From positions 1,024,001 through 1,088,000 of the forward strand of contig CBDESU010000001.1 of assembly GCA_965242695.1 (NCBI GenBank): 64,000 bases of DNA, in the 5' to 3' direction. Positions 40,306-48,687 of this stretch are shown piece after piece. Positions within the stretch are counted from its first letter, which is position 1; the number at the start of each line of letters is the position of its first letter. Source of the DNA: Cenarchaeum sp. (GTDB taxonomy: Archaea; Thermoproteota; Nitrososphaeria; Nitrososphaerales; Nitrosopumilaceae). The notes under the pieces were generated by a model. That model ran no database searches, was not told where the DNA came from, and saw only the letters and a list, made by a program, of their open reading frames with translations. Position numbers and translations under genes: made by a program.

Positions 40306-41840
40306 CAGTCAACCCAACTCTGGGCGTTGACGGTGGGCTAGGACCATCGATCTTTTTTGGTCAGATATGTGCCCGCGCCAAACCGTCTTGATCAACGATA
40401 CTTTATAAAAATATAACCTGAAAACGAAAGACGTATAACTACTCACGCGGGCGGCCCCCCGGAATGGGGCAGAAAAAAGGGCCAAGCAAGGGCGGCAGCG
40501 GGAAAAAGAAGGATCTTACAAAGTCTCAGCAGAAGTTCATGGCGAAAAAGTCGACCAAGAAGATATCGCAAAAGTTTGGACAGATCAGGAAGGCCGGCTT
40601 CGCCATCAAGAAGATGACCGACAAAATGACCCAGGGGGAGCAGTTCGTGGACTTTTCCGGCGACTCGCGGGCAAAGTACGGCGCCGCCGAGTTCCACAAG
40701 AACATGCTCAACGGGTCCCTCTTCAACGCATCGAGTACCACCTGCGCCGAGCTGTCCAAGATAAAGGCAAAGGAGGAGGGGGGCAGGTCCAGCGGCTGCG
40801 AGTGGCAGCGCCTCAAGATCAACTCGGCCAACGACGAGCGCAGCGCGCGCGTGCTCGAGGACGAGGCGCGCGAAGCGATCGAGGAGCTGCGGCGCAACGG
40901 CCGGCTGTCGGACACCCCCACCTTTGCCGTCGACATACACGTTGAGGAGCGCTGGGACGGCGGGCGCCTGGTCACGCGTGGCGTGTCCGAGGCGCAGGTC
41001 AAGATCAACAGGGAGGCGCGCAGGCGCCTTAGAAAGGAGAGGAGGCTTGTCAAGTCGAAATCTAGTCGCGGAACGACCCAGTTTGAGGCGTACATCGTGT
41101 TGCAGTGCGTCGACAAGGGGGTGCAGATCGCGGTGGCATGCCTGCTCGTCGACGACCTGTCCAACCTTGCGCGGTTCATCCCCATACTGGCCGACAAGAT
41201 CAAGGCGCTGGGGATAAGCCGCGCCAGGCTGCTCCTCGACAGGGAGTTCTTCAACCAGGCCGGCGTAGAGGAGCTGATACGGACTAGGTTCCGCTGGATC
41301 ACCCCCTGCCGCAACACCCCGGCGGTCAAGAAGGCGCTCGCCAAGTTTGCCGAGACCGGGAAAAAGACGGGCGTCGTGCGCATGACCATCACGGGCGAGG
41401 ACGGCAGGGAGACCAAGTACTGGATGCGCATCGAGCCGCGCAAGAAGGGCGAGGAGGACGACGGGGATGAGGACGGCGCAGCCGGCTCGAGGAAGGGCAG
41501 GAATCTCGAGCCGCACGAGAGGTTCATCGGGTTCGCCGTCAGCCACCGATCGGAAAAGCCCCGCCACTACAAGAAGAGGTGGGGGATCGAGACGCGGTTC
41601 AAGATGGTGTCGATCAGGCGGAACAAGACGTCGAGCACCCTGCCGAACGCTCGGTTTCTCTGCTTCATCTACTCCCTGTTCGCCAGCAACGTGTGGGTCA
41701 TGATCAATGCCGTGTTCTGGCGGCACCCGTCGGACTACGTTCCGCGGATATCGCTAGCGGCCGTGCTCTCCATGAGCGTCAGAATGCTGGAAATTCGCGA
41801 GCCTAAACCGCCCCCGTAAGGCCCAGAGTTGGGTTGACTG
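40306..41840 (+). mobile_element. ISH3-family-like insertion sequence (1535 bp)
   Basis: 20-bp perfect TIR CAGTCAACCCAACTCTGGGC (40306-40325 / 41821-41840); 5-bp target duplication TGTTC (40301-40305 / 41841-41845). Confidence 0.92.
40464..41819 (+). CDS. DDE transposase (ISH3-like)
   Basis: FAVDIH, LLLDREFFN, YKKRWGIETRFK. Confidence 0.9.
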   Translation: MGQKKGPSKGGSGKKKDLTKSQQKFMAKKSTKKISQKFGQIRKAGFAIKKMTDKMTQGEQFVDFSGDSRAKYGAAEFHKNMLNGSLFNASSTTCAELSKIKAKEEGGRSSGCEWQRLKINSANDERSARVLEDEAREAIEELRRNGRLSDTPTFAVDIHVEERWDGGRLVTRGVSEAQVKINREARRRLRKERRLVKSKSSRGTTQFEAYIVLQCVDKGVQIAVACLLVDDLSNLARFIPILADKIKALGISRARLLLDREFFNQAGVEELIRTRFRWITPCRNTPAVKKALAKFAETGKKTGVVRMTITGEDGRETKYWMRIEPRKKGEEDDGDEDGAAGSRKGRNLEPHERFIGFAVSHRSEKPRHYKKRWGIETRFKMVSIRRNKTSSTLPNARFLCFIYSLFASNVWVMINAVFWRHPSDYVPRISLAAVLSMSVRMLEIREPKPPP

Positions 41841-41867
41841 TGTTCGGTGTCGTCCCGACCACGTGCG

Positions 41868-44012
41868 CTACGTCCTGGCATGTTTGGTGTCAGACTTCGG
41901 CTTTTCAGGTGACGGGACAAAGATGCCGAGTCCAAAGTGGGAGTTGTTGCCGAGTAAGAGAGGGCCCTTGAAGGATGCCCCGAATGAGATTTTCACTCGG
42001 CTAGCGGCGCCGTGCGGTCTCGCCTTGCCGGGCCGCGCGGCATCAAAAGTGCGGGCCGGCATGCGGCGCGATCCTGCCCGTATCACTGCACCCGCCTCGT
42101 GTTCTATGCGTACTGCATTCCTGTAGTGGTGGTTTTCATCCAGCTCCTTTTCTATCTGCTCTGGCACGCCAAAGTTCTTTTTTGCGTGCCGCGACGTATA
42201 GTACGGCGTGGCAGTCGTCCAGATCTTGCTTTCCTTGAACAGGATACACCTCTTGCCCATGTCCGCTGCCCCGTAGAAGCCGTCAAACCGTATGCGGGCA
42301 ACGGACGTATGCCGGTCGCGGACATCTGTTGTGGCCTGAAACGCGCGCCTTGTCGATGGTTCAAGTCCATATTTTGCATACACCGCGATGTGGTCTATCA
42401 GCCCGTCGCCGTCGTTGTCGACAGGCAGCCAGAACGCGTGGGAGTGCCCCGTGCGAAGGGGCCTGCCCGCATCGTCGTGCCCCGACAGCGACTGGGGCAG
42501 GCGGCCACCCCTGTACAGGCGACCCGCCTGTGACATGACCGCGGCCCTCACCGCTCCCGCAACCTTTACCGTCCTTTCAACCGGCGGGCGCTTACCGACC
42601 ACCTCGTAATATGCAACTTCGGGCAGCAGTGCAGGTGCCAGCAGGCCGTTACCACGCCTCGTGCCGGAACCTAGCAGCAGTGGGCCTGACACGGGGGCTC
42701 TGAACTCGATCTCTGCGTACCACAGGTTCGAGTCGTGGCCGATTTTCTCTAGGCCATCCCAGTCAGGGATCTTGTCCAGCCTTATCGACATGACAGAGTT
42801 CTTCAAGCCCCTGTCGGCAAGTTCGTCCAGTATGGACTTAGCCGCACTGCGCTTGTCGCCCGCCGAGCCGTCCGCATCCCCAGGATCAAGCGGCGTGGTC
42901 GAGCGCCACACGGTCGACCTGCGCACGTACCTCCTGGCCACACTGTCGTTATCAGGAGAAGGAACTAGCTGGAACCGGATCCCGCCAGCCTCGACAAACT
43001 TCGAGTTGATGCGGGCCAGAAGGCGATCCCGTTCAGGGACGCCCATTGACGGGGGAATTATCACTCCTACTCGCCTGACCATCGCATCAGAGTTCTGGTG
43101 TCCTATGCTGGGCATGGCCACGATCGAAGCGCAACCCAGTTTAGGGCCACACATGTCGTGCAGCCTGGCGGCCAGATCTGCAACCGCAGTGCGCGGGACA
43201 AAGCGCCTCGACTCAGTGTCGCTCAGCATGAACGTCACGAGCTTGGCCCTCGGCGCACCGCCCTTCCTGTACCCCCAGCTAGCTTGGTGCGTAATTGGCC
43301 CTGGCTTTACAAACCCCTTGGCGGTGACCTGCTCGAGAAACTCGGCATGCCTCCTTTTTGCATCGCCAAGCATGCCAGCGAGCGGTACATCAATCTTTAG
43401 TTCCGCTTGGCCGGTACCGCCACCGCCACCACCGTCGTTTGGCAGGTACTCCTGCGCCCCGGCAAGCGGTGACAGGGTGTCGGCCAGCATGCCGTTTACC
43501 GCCACGGGATCTATCCCCAGTCCCAGTACCGGCACCTCGCGCGCCAGGTTGCACAGCAGACGAGCCGCCGCGCGGCTGTCCCCACCATCGTCGGGAGCCA
43601 GCGTCCAGGAGTATCTCACTGTGCTTGCAATGTACGGCGCCATTTTCTTGGAGGTGGTGTACGCCCTCGGGTCCCGCGTGGACACGCCTTGCTTTGCATA
43701 GTCCTTTGATATCACATCCATGTCGTTGTTGGGCACGAAGATTATGTACTCTTTTCCCTTCGCCCCTCGAGCCTCGATCCGCGGCGGCCTTTGTCGCTCT
43801 AGGTATTCAAGCGCCCGATCGGCCTCGGCAACGTTGAACCGGCCTGACGGGCTCTGGTAGAGTGCCGCGACAAGCGCGAGAAAGAGCCGGCGTGGCGACG
43901 GAGGCCACTCCGCGCCATGGTACCGCTCAAGGAGAAAGCGGACGTCAATGACGAGGCGTGCCCCGTCTCCGGCCGGCAGTTCCTGCTGTTGTGACGGCAC
44001 TTCTAGCGACAA
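41868..44012 (-). CDS. csb2: Csb2, long form (Cas5 plus two Cas6-like modules), operon B
   Basis: AEWPPSPRRLFLALV; two W.(S/T).TP ... GPLLLG....G.G modules. Start among GTG/TTG at 44024, 44012 or 44000. Confidence 0.88.
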   Translation of the reverse strand: MSLEVPSQQQELPAGDGARLVIDVRFLLERYHGAEWPPSPRRLFLALVAALYQSPSGRFNVAEADRALEYLERQRPPRIEARGAKGKEYIIFVPNNDMDVISKDYAKQGVSTRDPRAYTTSKKMAPYIASTVRYSWTLAPDDGGDSRAAARLLCNLAREVPVLGLGIDPVAVNGMLADTLSPLAGAQEYLPNDGGGGGGTGQAELKIDVPLAGMLGDAKRRHAEFLEQVTAKGFVKPGPITHQASWGYRKGGAPRAKLVTFMLSDTESRRFVPRTAVADLAARLHDMCGPKLGCASIVAMPSIGHQNSDAMVRRVGVIIPPSMGVPERDRLLARINSKFVEAGGIRFQLVPSPDNDSVARRYVRRSTVWRSTTPLDPGDADGSAGDKRSAAKSILDELADRGLKNSVMSIRLDKIPDWDGLEKIGHDSNLWYAEIEFRAPVSGPLLLGSGTRRGNGLLAPALLPEVAYYEVVGKRPPVERTVKVAGAVRAAVMSQAGRLYRGGRLPQSLSGHDDAGRPLRTGHSHAFWLPVDNDGDGLIDHIAVYAKYGLEPSTRRAFQATTDVRDRHTSVARIRFDGFYGAADMGKRCILFKESKIWTTATPYYTSRHAKKNFGVPEQIEKELDENHHYRNAVRIEHEAGAVIRAGSRRMPARTFDAARPGKARPHGAASRVKISFGASFKGPLLLGNNSHFGLGIFVPSPEKPKSDTKHART

Positions 44013-44031
44013 TAGACTTCGCACCCGCCGG

Positions 44032-45078
44032 CTACTTTTTCTTCTTGGGCTTGCTCTTGGAGTCTTCAAGCTCCTTCTTCGCGCTCGCCAGCTGGAATGT
44101 CGCATCATCTCCTTCGCCCACGCCGAACGACTTGGCCGCGGCCTCTGCAAATGCCACTGCCTCGTCAGGATCAAGCGATACGGCATCCCTTCGACCGTCA
44201 GGATGGACGGCTTCCCACGACGGAATCCCCTTTTCCGAGTCCCTAGTAAGGTTGCAACCCTGGCGAAGATACAAATCGGTGGCCTTCGTCGCAGCCACCA
44301 GCGCAAGTCCCAGTATATACTTGCGGAGGGAGGAGGCGTCGATGCTACTCGACAGCCTGCGCAGCGCGACCAAGTTCACCACCACATCCCTGCGGATGCC
44401 GCCCCTTGCGATGACTCCCCCCGGCTGCCCTGTAGCAGGCGCCTCATTGAATCCATACTCTGACCTCGTGTCGTTCTCGGCAGTGTTAGTGATTTCCCCC
44501 AGCAGATCATCCTTCCTGTAGTCGACAGGCGGGAAGTACTGCGCCGAACGGCTCAGCTCGTCTATGTCGTACGCCCTGATCACGGACGAGATGATCCTCG
44601 GCGCCTTTACCTGCGTGTTGCGCGAGTCCCAGACCCCGAACAGCAGCGATGTCGGGGCCACCTTGGCAAGGGCGCCAGCATCGCCCGATGTCTTGTAGGA
44701 CTGTAGCGCCTCGCGGATGCGTCCGTACACATCCGAGTGCCTCAGCAGTGCATCACCCGCCCTGTGCCCAACCTCGCACAGGTTCACCTTTTGCTGGCCT
44801 GCTGTGATCGTAATCTGTGGTATAAGTCCTCTGTAGCGTCCCTCCATGAACAGCGGCTCCATGCGGTTTGCCTGCGACCCGACGCTGTCAACGAGGCACA
44901 TCTTAGTCCCGTCCTGCAGCGTGTCTATGCAGTACGAGCTCCCGTCGGATCCCGTCCCGGCATACGTGGGCGGGAAGAACGGCTCGCCGGCGCCCTCCAC
45001 CGGCACCAGATGCTCCCTCATCACCAAGGCCGACGGGCCACCCTCGACCCACGCCCCGGCATCCTCGGACAGCCCCAT
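44032..45078 (-). CDS. csb1: Csb1 (Cas7), operon B
   Basis: FFPPTYA, LVDSVGSQANRMEPLF, GHRAGDA, PTSLLFGVWDSR, LRQGCNL. Confidence 0.95.
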   Translation of the reverse strand: MGLSEDAGAWVEGGPSALVMREHLVPVEGAGEPFFPPTYAGTGSDGSSYCIDTLQDGTKMCLVDSVGSQANRMEPLFMEGRYRGLIPQITITAGQQKVNLCEVGHRAGDALLRHSDVYGRIREALQSYKTSGDAGALAKVAPTSLLFGVWDSRNTQVKAPRIISSVIRAYDIDELSRSAQYFPPVDYRKDDLLGEITNTAENDTRSEYGFNEAPATGQPGGVIARGGIRRDVVVNLVALRRLSSSIDASSLRKYILGLALVAATKATDLYLRQGCNLTRDSEKGIPSWEAVHPDGRRDAVSLDPDEAVAFAEAAAKSFGVGEGDDATFQLASAKKELEDSKSKPKKKK

Positions 45079-45079
45079 G

Positions 45080-45817
45080 TCAAACCGGCGCCTCACGGGA
45101 CATATTAAAGGCTTTGTTGGCGCCGCTCCGCCCCGTCCAGAACTCGAACTTCCGGTGGGCTAGGCGCCCAATCGCCCCACTTGCGACGGCGGCCGCAACC
45201 GTCATGGGTAGAGGCTCGCCCCATGTGTAGTAGGCATAGTGGCCCCGCTCGACCTCCCTCCAAGAGTACGACTGCACCCCCACATGGGCAAAGAACTCTA
45301 CAAGTGGGTACGTCCGCATTTCCTTCATCCCCTGCTCGTTGAGGCTAAAGCCGACATCCTGCGCAGTCCATCGCGTGGCGGCATCGATGCCGGACGGGAG
45401 GCTGACCGTCGAAAAATCCGTCCATGTGGACAGCCCGCCCCCCCTCTGACAGTACGCGTTCAAGAGGCGCGCCCACCGCTCCACCAGAGGCTTCGACCTG
45501 ATCTGCCCCGCGAACAGCTTGATTGTCGGCCTGTCGTCAAAGTGGTTCCAAAAGTCCAGCCGCAAACGGACGTCGTCGATGGTCACGGGCGAGTCCGCAT
45601 CGTCGGTCTCTGCTCTGACCGAGCCCGAGCAGTCCTTGAGTCTGCGTATCACGGAGATTGCCGGGTCGGGTTCGGCCGCGCGCAGGACAAACCGATCCCC
45701 ATCAAAGTGCCCCACGGCATCCCCGAGCAGATGGTCGGCGCAGTACAGTATGCCGCAGCATGCAAAGAACTGTCCGGGATTGCGCAGGTCTGTCGCAATA
45801 GTGGATGAGGCTGTCAT
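45080..45817 (-). CDS. csb3: Csb3 (GSU0052-like Cas8u), operon B
   Basis: DLRNPGQFFACCGIL N-terminal motif, KLFAGQ, DVGFS, YPLVEFFA..G.Q; located between cas3 and csb1. Confidence 0.82.
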   Translation of the reverse strand: MTASSTIATDLRNPGQFFACCGILYCADHLLGDAVGHFDGDRFVLRAAEPDPAISVIRRLKDCSGSVRAETDDADSPVTIDDVRLRLDFWNHFDDRPTIKLFAGQIRSKPLVERWARLLNAYCQRGGGLSTWTDFSTVSLPSGIDAATRWTAQDVGFSLNEQGMKEMRTYPLVEFFAHVGVQSYSWREVERGHYAYYTWGEPLPMTVAAAVASGAIGRLAHRKFEFWTGRSGANKAFNMSREAPV

Positions 45818-48420
45818 TGGTCGCCGGCCCCCTGCTTCTCCGATGCCTGCCAGTCGGCCCCGCGCAGCAGTCCCTCAAGCCAGGCAAGGCCCCACGCGCC
45901 GAACTTCTTTTGCAACGAGGCATACCTCCCCATTACAAGTAGGTGCTCGCTGTCGGCCGCGTCGATCGTTGCATTGGAGTTGAAGCAGGGGCGCGCCCAG
46001 CCGTGGTGCGCGGCGATCAAGTGCAGTACAAGATCCTTCTCCGGATGCCCGTCGAGTGAACCTGCAATCCTTCGGATGGACTCGAATTCGTGCCTGAACC
46101 CGCCCAAACTCAGGGGGCGCCTGCGCGAGGCAGTCTTTGCAAGCGGATCGTTTGCGTTGCCATGCATGCATTCCTGCCAGTGGGGGTGCGACTTGCCCAG
46201 GTCGTGGTATTCCGCCGCCGTGACTATGGCATCGGCCAGGTTGCCGTCTAGCCCCAGGTTGGAGACGATTGATTTAGCCGCCGCCTTGACATCCGCGTGG
46301 TGATCGCCAAGCCGCCGCTCGCTGGACGATGCGGAGTGCTGTCCAGCGGACCTTGCCACATAGTAGCGCAGCTCCTTGCTGGGCGCATCGTAGTCCATCT
46401 CGTCCGCGGAGCTTGTCACTACTGCCGCCGACATCTTCATGTCCGGGTGATTTGCCAGCCACTTTCCCAAGTCGTCCCCGTCGTCAAAGCCGTCTTGATC
46501 ACCGTCCAGCGTGACGCTGCCGTCGCCCCAAACCGCCACTTCGACCCTCATGCGGTTCCTATACTGGTCGTCGTCGGCCACATCGGGTACGCGGCGGTTC
46601 GAGTGTGCTAGCATCCCATCCTCGTTCAGCCCCCCCGCTTCGCAAGGCAACAGGAGTGTGGAGTAGTAGAGGTCGTCGTCGGCGATCTCGCCGATCGTCT
46701 TTACGCGTACAGTGCCGTCCCGCCGTCGAATTATGGCCTTTAGGCCGGAATGCTGGGCGGTGATTTTTTCCAGTATTTTTCTCACGTTCGGCGTCAAGTC
46801 ACGGGCCATTTCATGTGGAAGGAGTGGGTAGAGGTCTAGGACATCCTCTATCACACCCTCGTCCTGGCGGGCCAGTGCCCCCGCATCGCGCCTCCATGCC
46901 ACGTGTGTTTCGGGAACCTGATGCTTGTCGTGGCCGCGCAGCCAGTGATGGACTGCGGGCCGGGCAGGAAGCTCGGCAAGCGAAGTCATGGACCACATGT
47001 CGACGATGTCCGGCGTCAGCGGCTGCGTGTCGGGCACAGGAGATAGCATGTCGGATGTAGCCTGCGCGTCCAGTATGGGCGACAGGTTGCGCGGGCTTGC
47101 ATTGAAAGGCCCATCTGCGACGAGGCGCTTGAGCAGTCCCAAGGACGCGCAGAGGCGCTTCGACGCCCCCTTGTTCTTTTTAATGGCGTCATCCGAGTAT
47201 ACCACTACCGCCCTTGACGATCTGCCTCCGCTGCGGTTTACCCTCCCAAGCCGCTGAACAAGCGAGTCGATGGTAGAAATGTCGGACACCATGTCGTCGG
47301 CGTCAAGATCTGCTCCTACCTCCCCCGCAGATGTAGATACGAGGTAGCGCTGAACTCTGCCACCATCGGAAGCAGGCTTTGTAAACATGGCGAAGACGCT
47401 GGCGGGCGAGGCAGACTCCGCATCTAGAGAGGGGTCCCGTGTTGAGTGTTTTGGTGGTCGTGATGCCCCCGAGTCCGTATCTTTTGCAATGCCGCCGCTC
47501 GTCAGTGTGTCCCTCTCAAATCCGCGCAGTGTGCCAGTAAGGGTAGCTACTTTCATGCCCGCATCACGGAGTTTCTGTGCAATTGCAAGAGCCATGGATG
47601 GTTTCTGTACGTATACGAGCGTCTTGCCCGTCATTTTGAGTGCCTCTGTTGCGATTGCATCCAGCAAATTGGAGTCCCCCGCATCGACCAGCTCGAGGGT
47701 TTTTTTTGCATCATAGCGGTCGCATACTGCTTTGTGTTTCAGATCACTTTCGTCCAAGGATAAAACATTTTCTTTTTCATCGGTGTGGATTGTTGCAGAC
47801 ATTAAAAGGACTCGAGGGGGATAGATTTTCGTAGGTACAGAACCGGAGATCTTTTGTAAGTCTAAAAGGGAGCGTTTAAGTGCGGGGGACAGGTGTGTTT
47901 CGTCGAGTATGATCAGCGAGTCCTGTCCCATGAGTCCTGCATAGAACGGGCGGATTTTGCCCCCAAGTCCATAGCCTGAAAAGAGCAGCCGGCTACCAAC
48001 CATGTCAACAGTCCCTATCACTATAGACGGTTTGTCGGGATGTCGCATCCAGTCACGGCTGTCGGCCAAACCACCTCCTCCGCGAAATGTGCTGATGTAG
48101 GGAGTCAGTGCGAGGGAGTCAGAACCATTTATGTCATCAATGCGGTGCTTAATCTTGACTAGCATCTCGGATGCCTGATCCACAATGACCCTCCGATCTA
48201 CTATGTAAAGCAATCGACGCGGAACACGGACCGCGTGGCCCGACGATGACGTGTGTGAGAGCGCAATAAGCCATATGAGGATGACGGACGTCTTACCCAA
48301 TCCCGTTGGAATGTCAAGGACATCGGGCACATCACCCGTAATCAACCTAGAGTATAGACGATCTTGCCACGGGTACGGCTGATGGCCAGTTATGCGACAG
48401 AACGCCTCTTTAAAGTCCAC
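45814..48420 (-). CDS. cas3: Type I-G Cas3 with C-terminal HD domain, operon B
   Basis: PYPWQ, IPTGLGKT, VDRRVIVDQ, GSRLLFSGYG, DETH, QRLGRVNR, HDLGK, FRHE, HHGWARP. Confidence 0.95.
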   Translation of the reverse strand: MDFKEAFCRITGHQPYPWQDRLYSRLITGDVPDVLDIPTGLGKTSVILIWLIALSHTSSSGHAVRVPRRLLYIVDRRVIVDQASEMLVKIKHRIDDINGSDSLALTPYISTFRGGGGLADSRDWMRHPDKPSIVIGTVDMVGSRLLFSGYGLGGKIRPFYAGLMGQDSLIILDETHLSPALKRSLLDLQKISGSVPTKIYPPRVLLMSATIHTDEKENVLSLDESDLKHKAVCDRYDAKKTLELVDAGDSNLLDAIATEALKMTGKTLVYVQKPSMALAIAQKLRDAGMKVATLTGTLRGFERDTLTSGGIAKDTDSGASRPPKHSTRDPSLDAESASPASVFAMFTKPASDGGRVQRYLVSTSAGEVGADLDADDMVSDISTIDSLVQRLGRVNRSGGRSSRAVVVYSDDAIKKNKGASKRLCASLGLLKRLVADGPFNASPRNLSPILDAQATSDMLSPVPDTQPLTPDIVDMWSMTSLAELPARPAVHHWLRGHDKHQVPETHVAWRRDAGALARQDEGVIEDVLDLYPLLPHEMARDLTPNVRKILEKITAQHSGLKAIIRRRDGTVRVKTIGEIADDDLYYSTLLLPCEAGGLNEDGMLAHSNRRVPDVADDDQYRNRMRVEVAVWGDGSVTLDGDQDGFDDGDDLGKWLANHPDMKMSAAVVTSSADEMDYDAPSKELRYYVARSAGQHSASSSERRLGDHHADVKAAAKSIVSNLGLDGNLADAIVTAAEYHDLGKSHPHWQECMHGNANDPLAKTASRRRPLSLGGFRHEFESIRRIAGSLDGHPEKDLVLHLIAAHHGWARPCFNSNATIDAADSEHLLVMGRYASLQKKFGAWGLAWLEGLLRGADWQASEKQGAGDQ

Positions 48421-48550
48421 GAAGCGCCCCGCACGGCGGACTATAATAGTTTTAACGCGGCTAGGCCATCTACGGACGCGACCTCAACAGGCCGCCGAGG
48501 GAGGGAGGATTGCCACTGTGCCGAGGTCGGCGCGGCCCGGCTCCAGCGGA

Positions 48551-48651
48551 CTGTGGATGGGGCCGCAACAGGGGGTTGCGGAGTACGTTCCGTGGCCAAC
48601 CAGATGCCGCACCATTGCTTCAATGGGGCCGCAGCATAGGAGCTGCTGAGT
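48551..48651 (-). CRISPR. Two divergent trailer-end repeats with retained hairpins
   Basis: 48617-48651 GCTTCAATGGGGCCGCAGCATAGGAGCTGCTGAGT and 48557-48584 ATGGGGCCGCAACAGGGGGTTGCGGAGT (plus strand), roughly in register with the array period. Confidence 0.75.
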
Positions 48652-48687
48652 GGCGCTGCATGTGCAAGAGCAGGGGGCGCGCATAAC

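Noticed and set aside
48389-48396. 8-nt match GTTATGCG between the trailer spacer (minus strand) and the start of cas3-B
   Set aside because: Too short and preceded by CCA rather than a TTN PAM.
1-48400. tRNA, rRNA, reverse transcriptase or integrase genes
   Set aside because: None recognised, so no DGR, retron or CAST-type system can be supported; the IS transposases have their own TIRs and appear independent of the cas operons.
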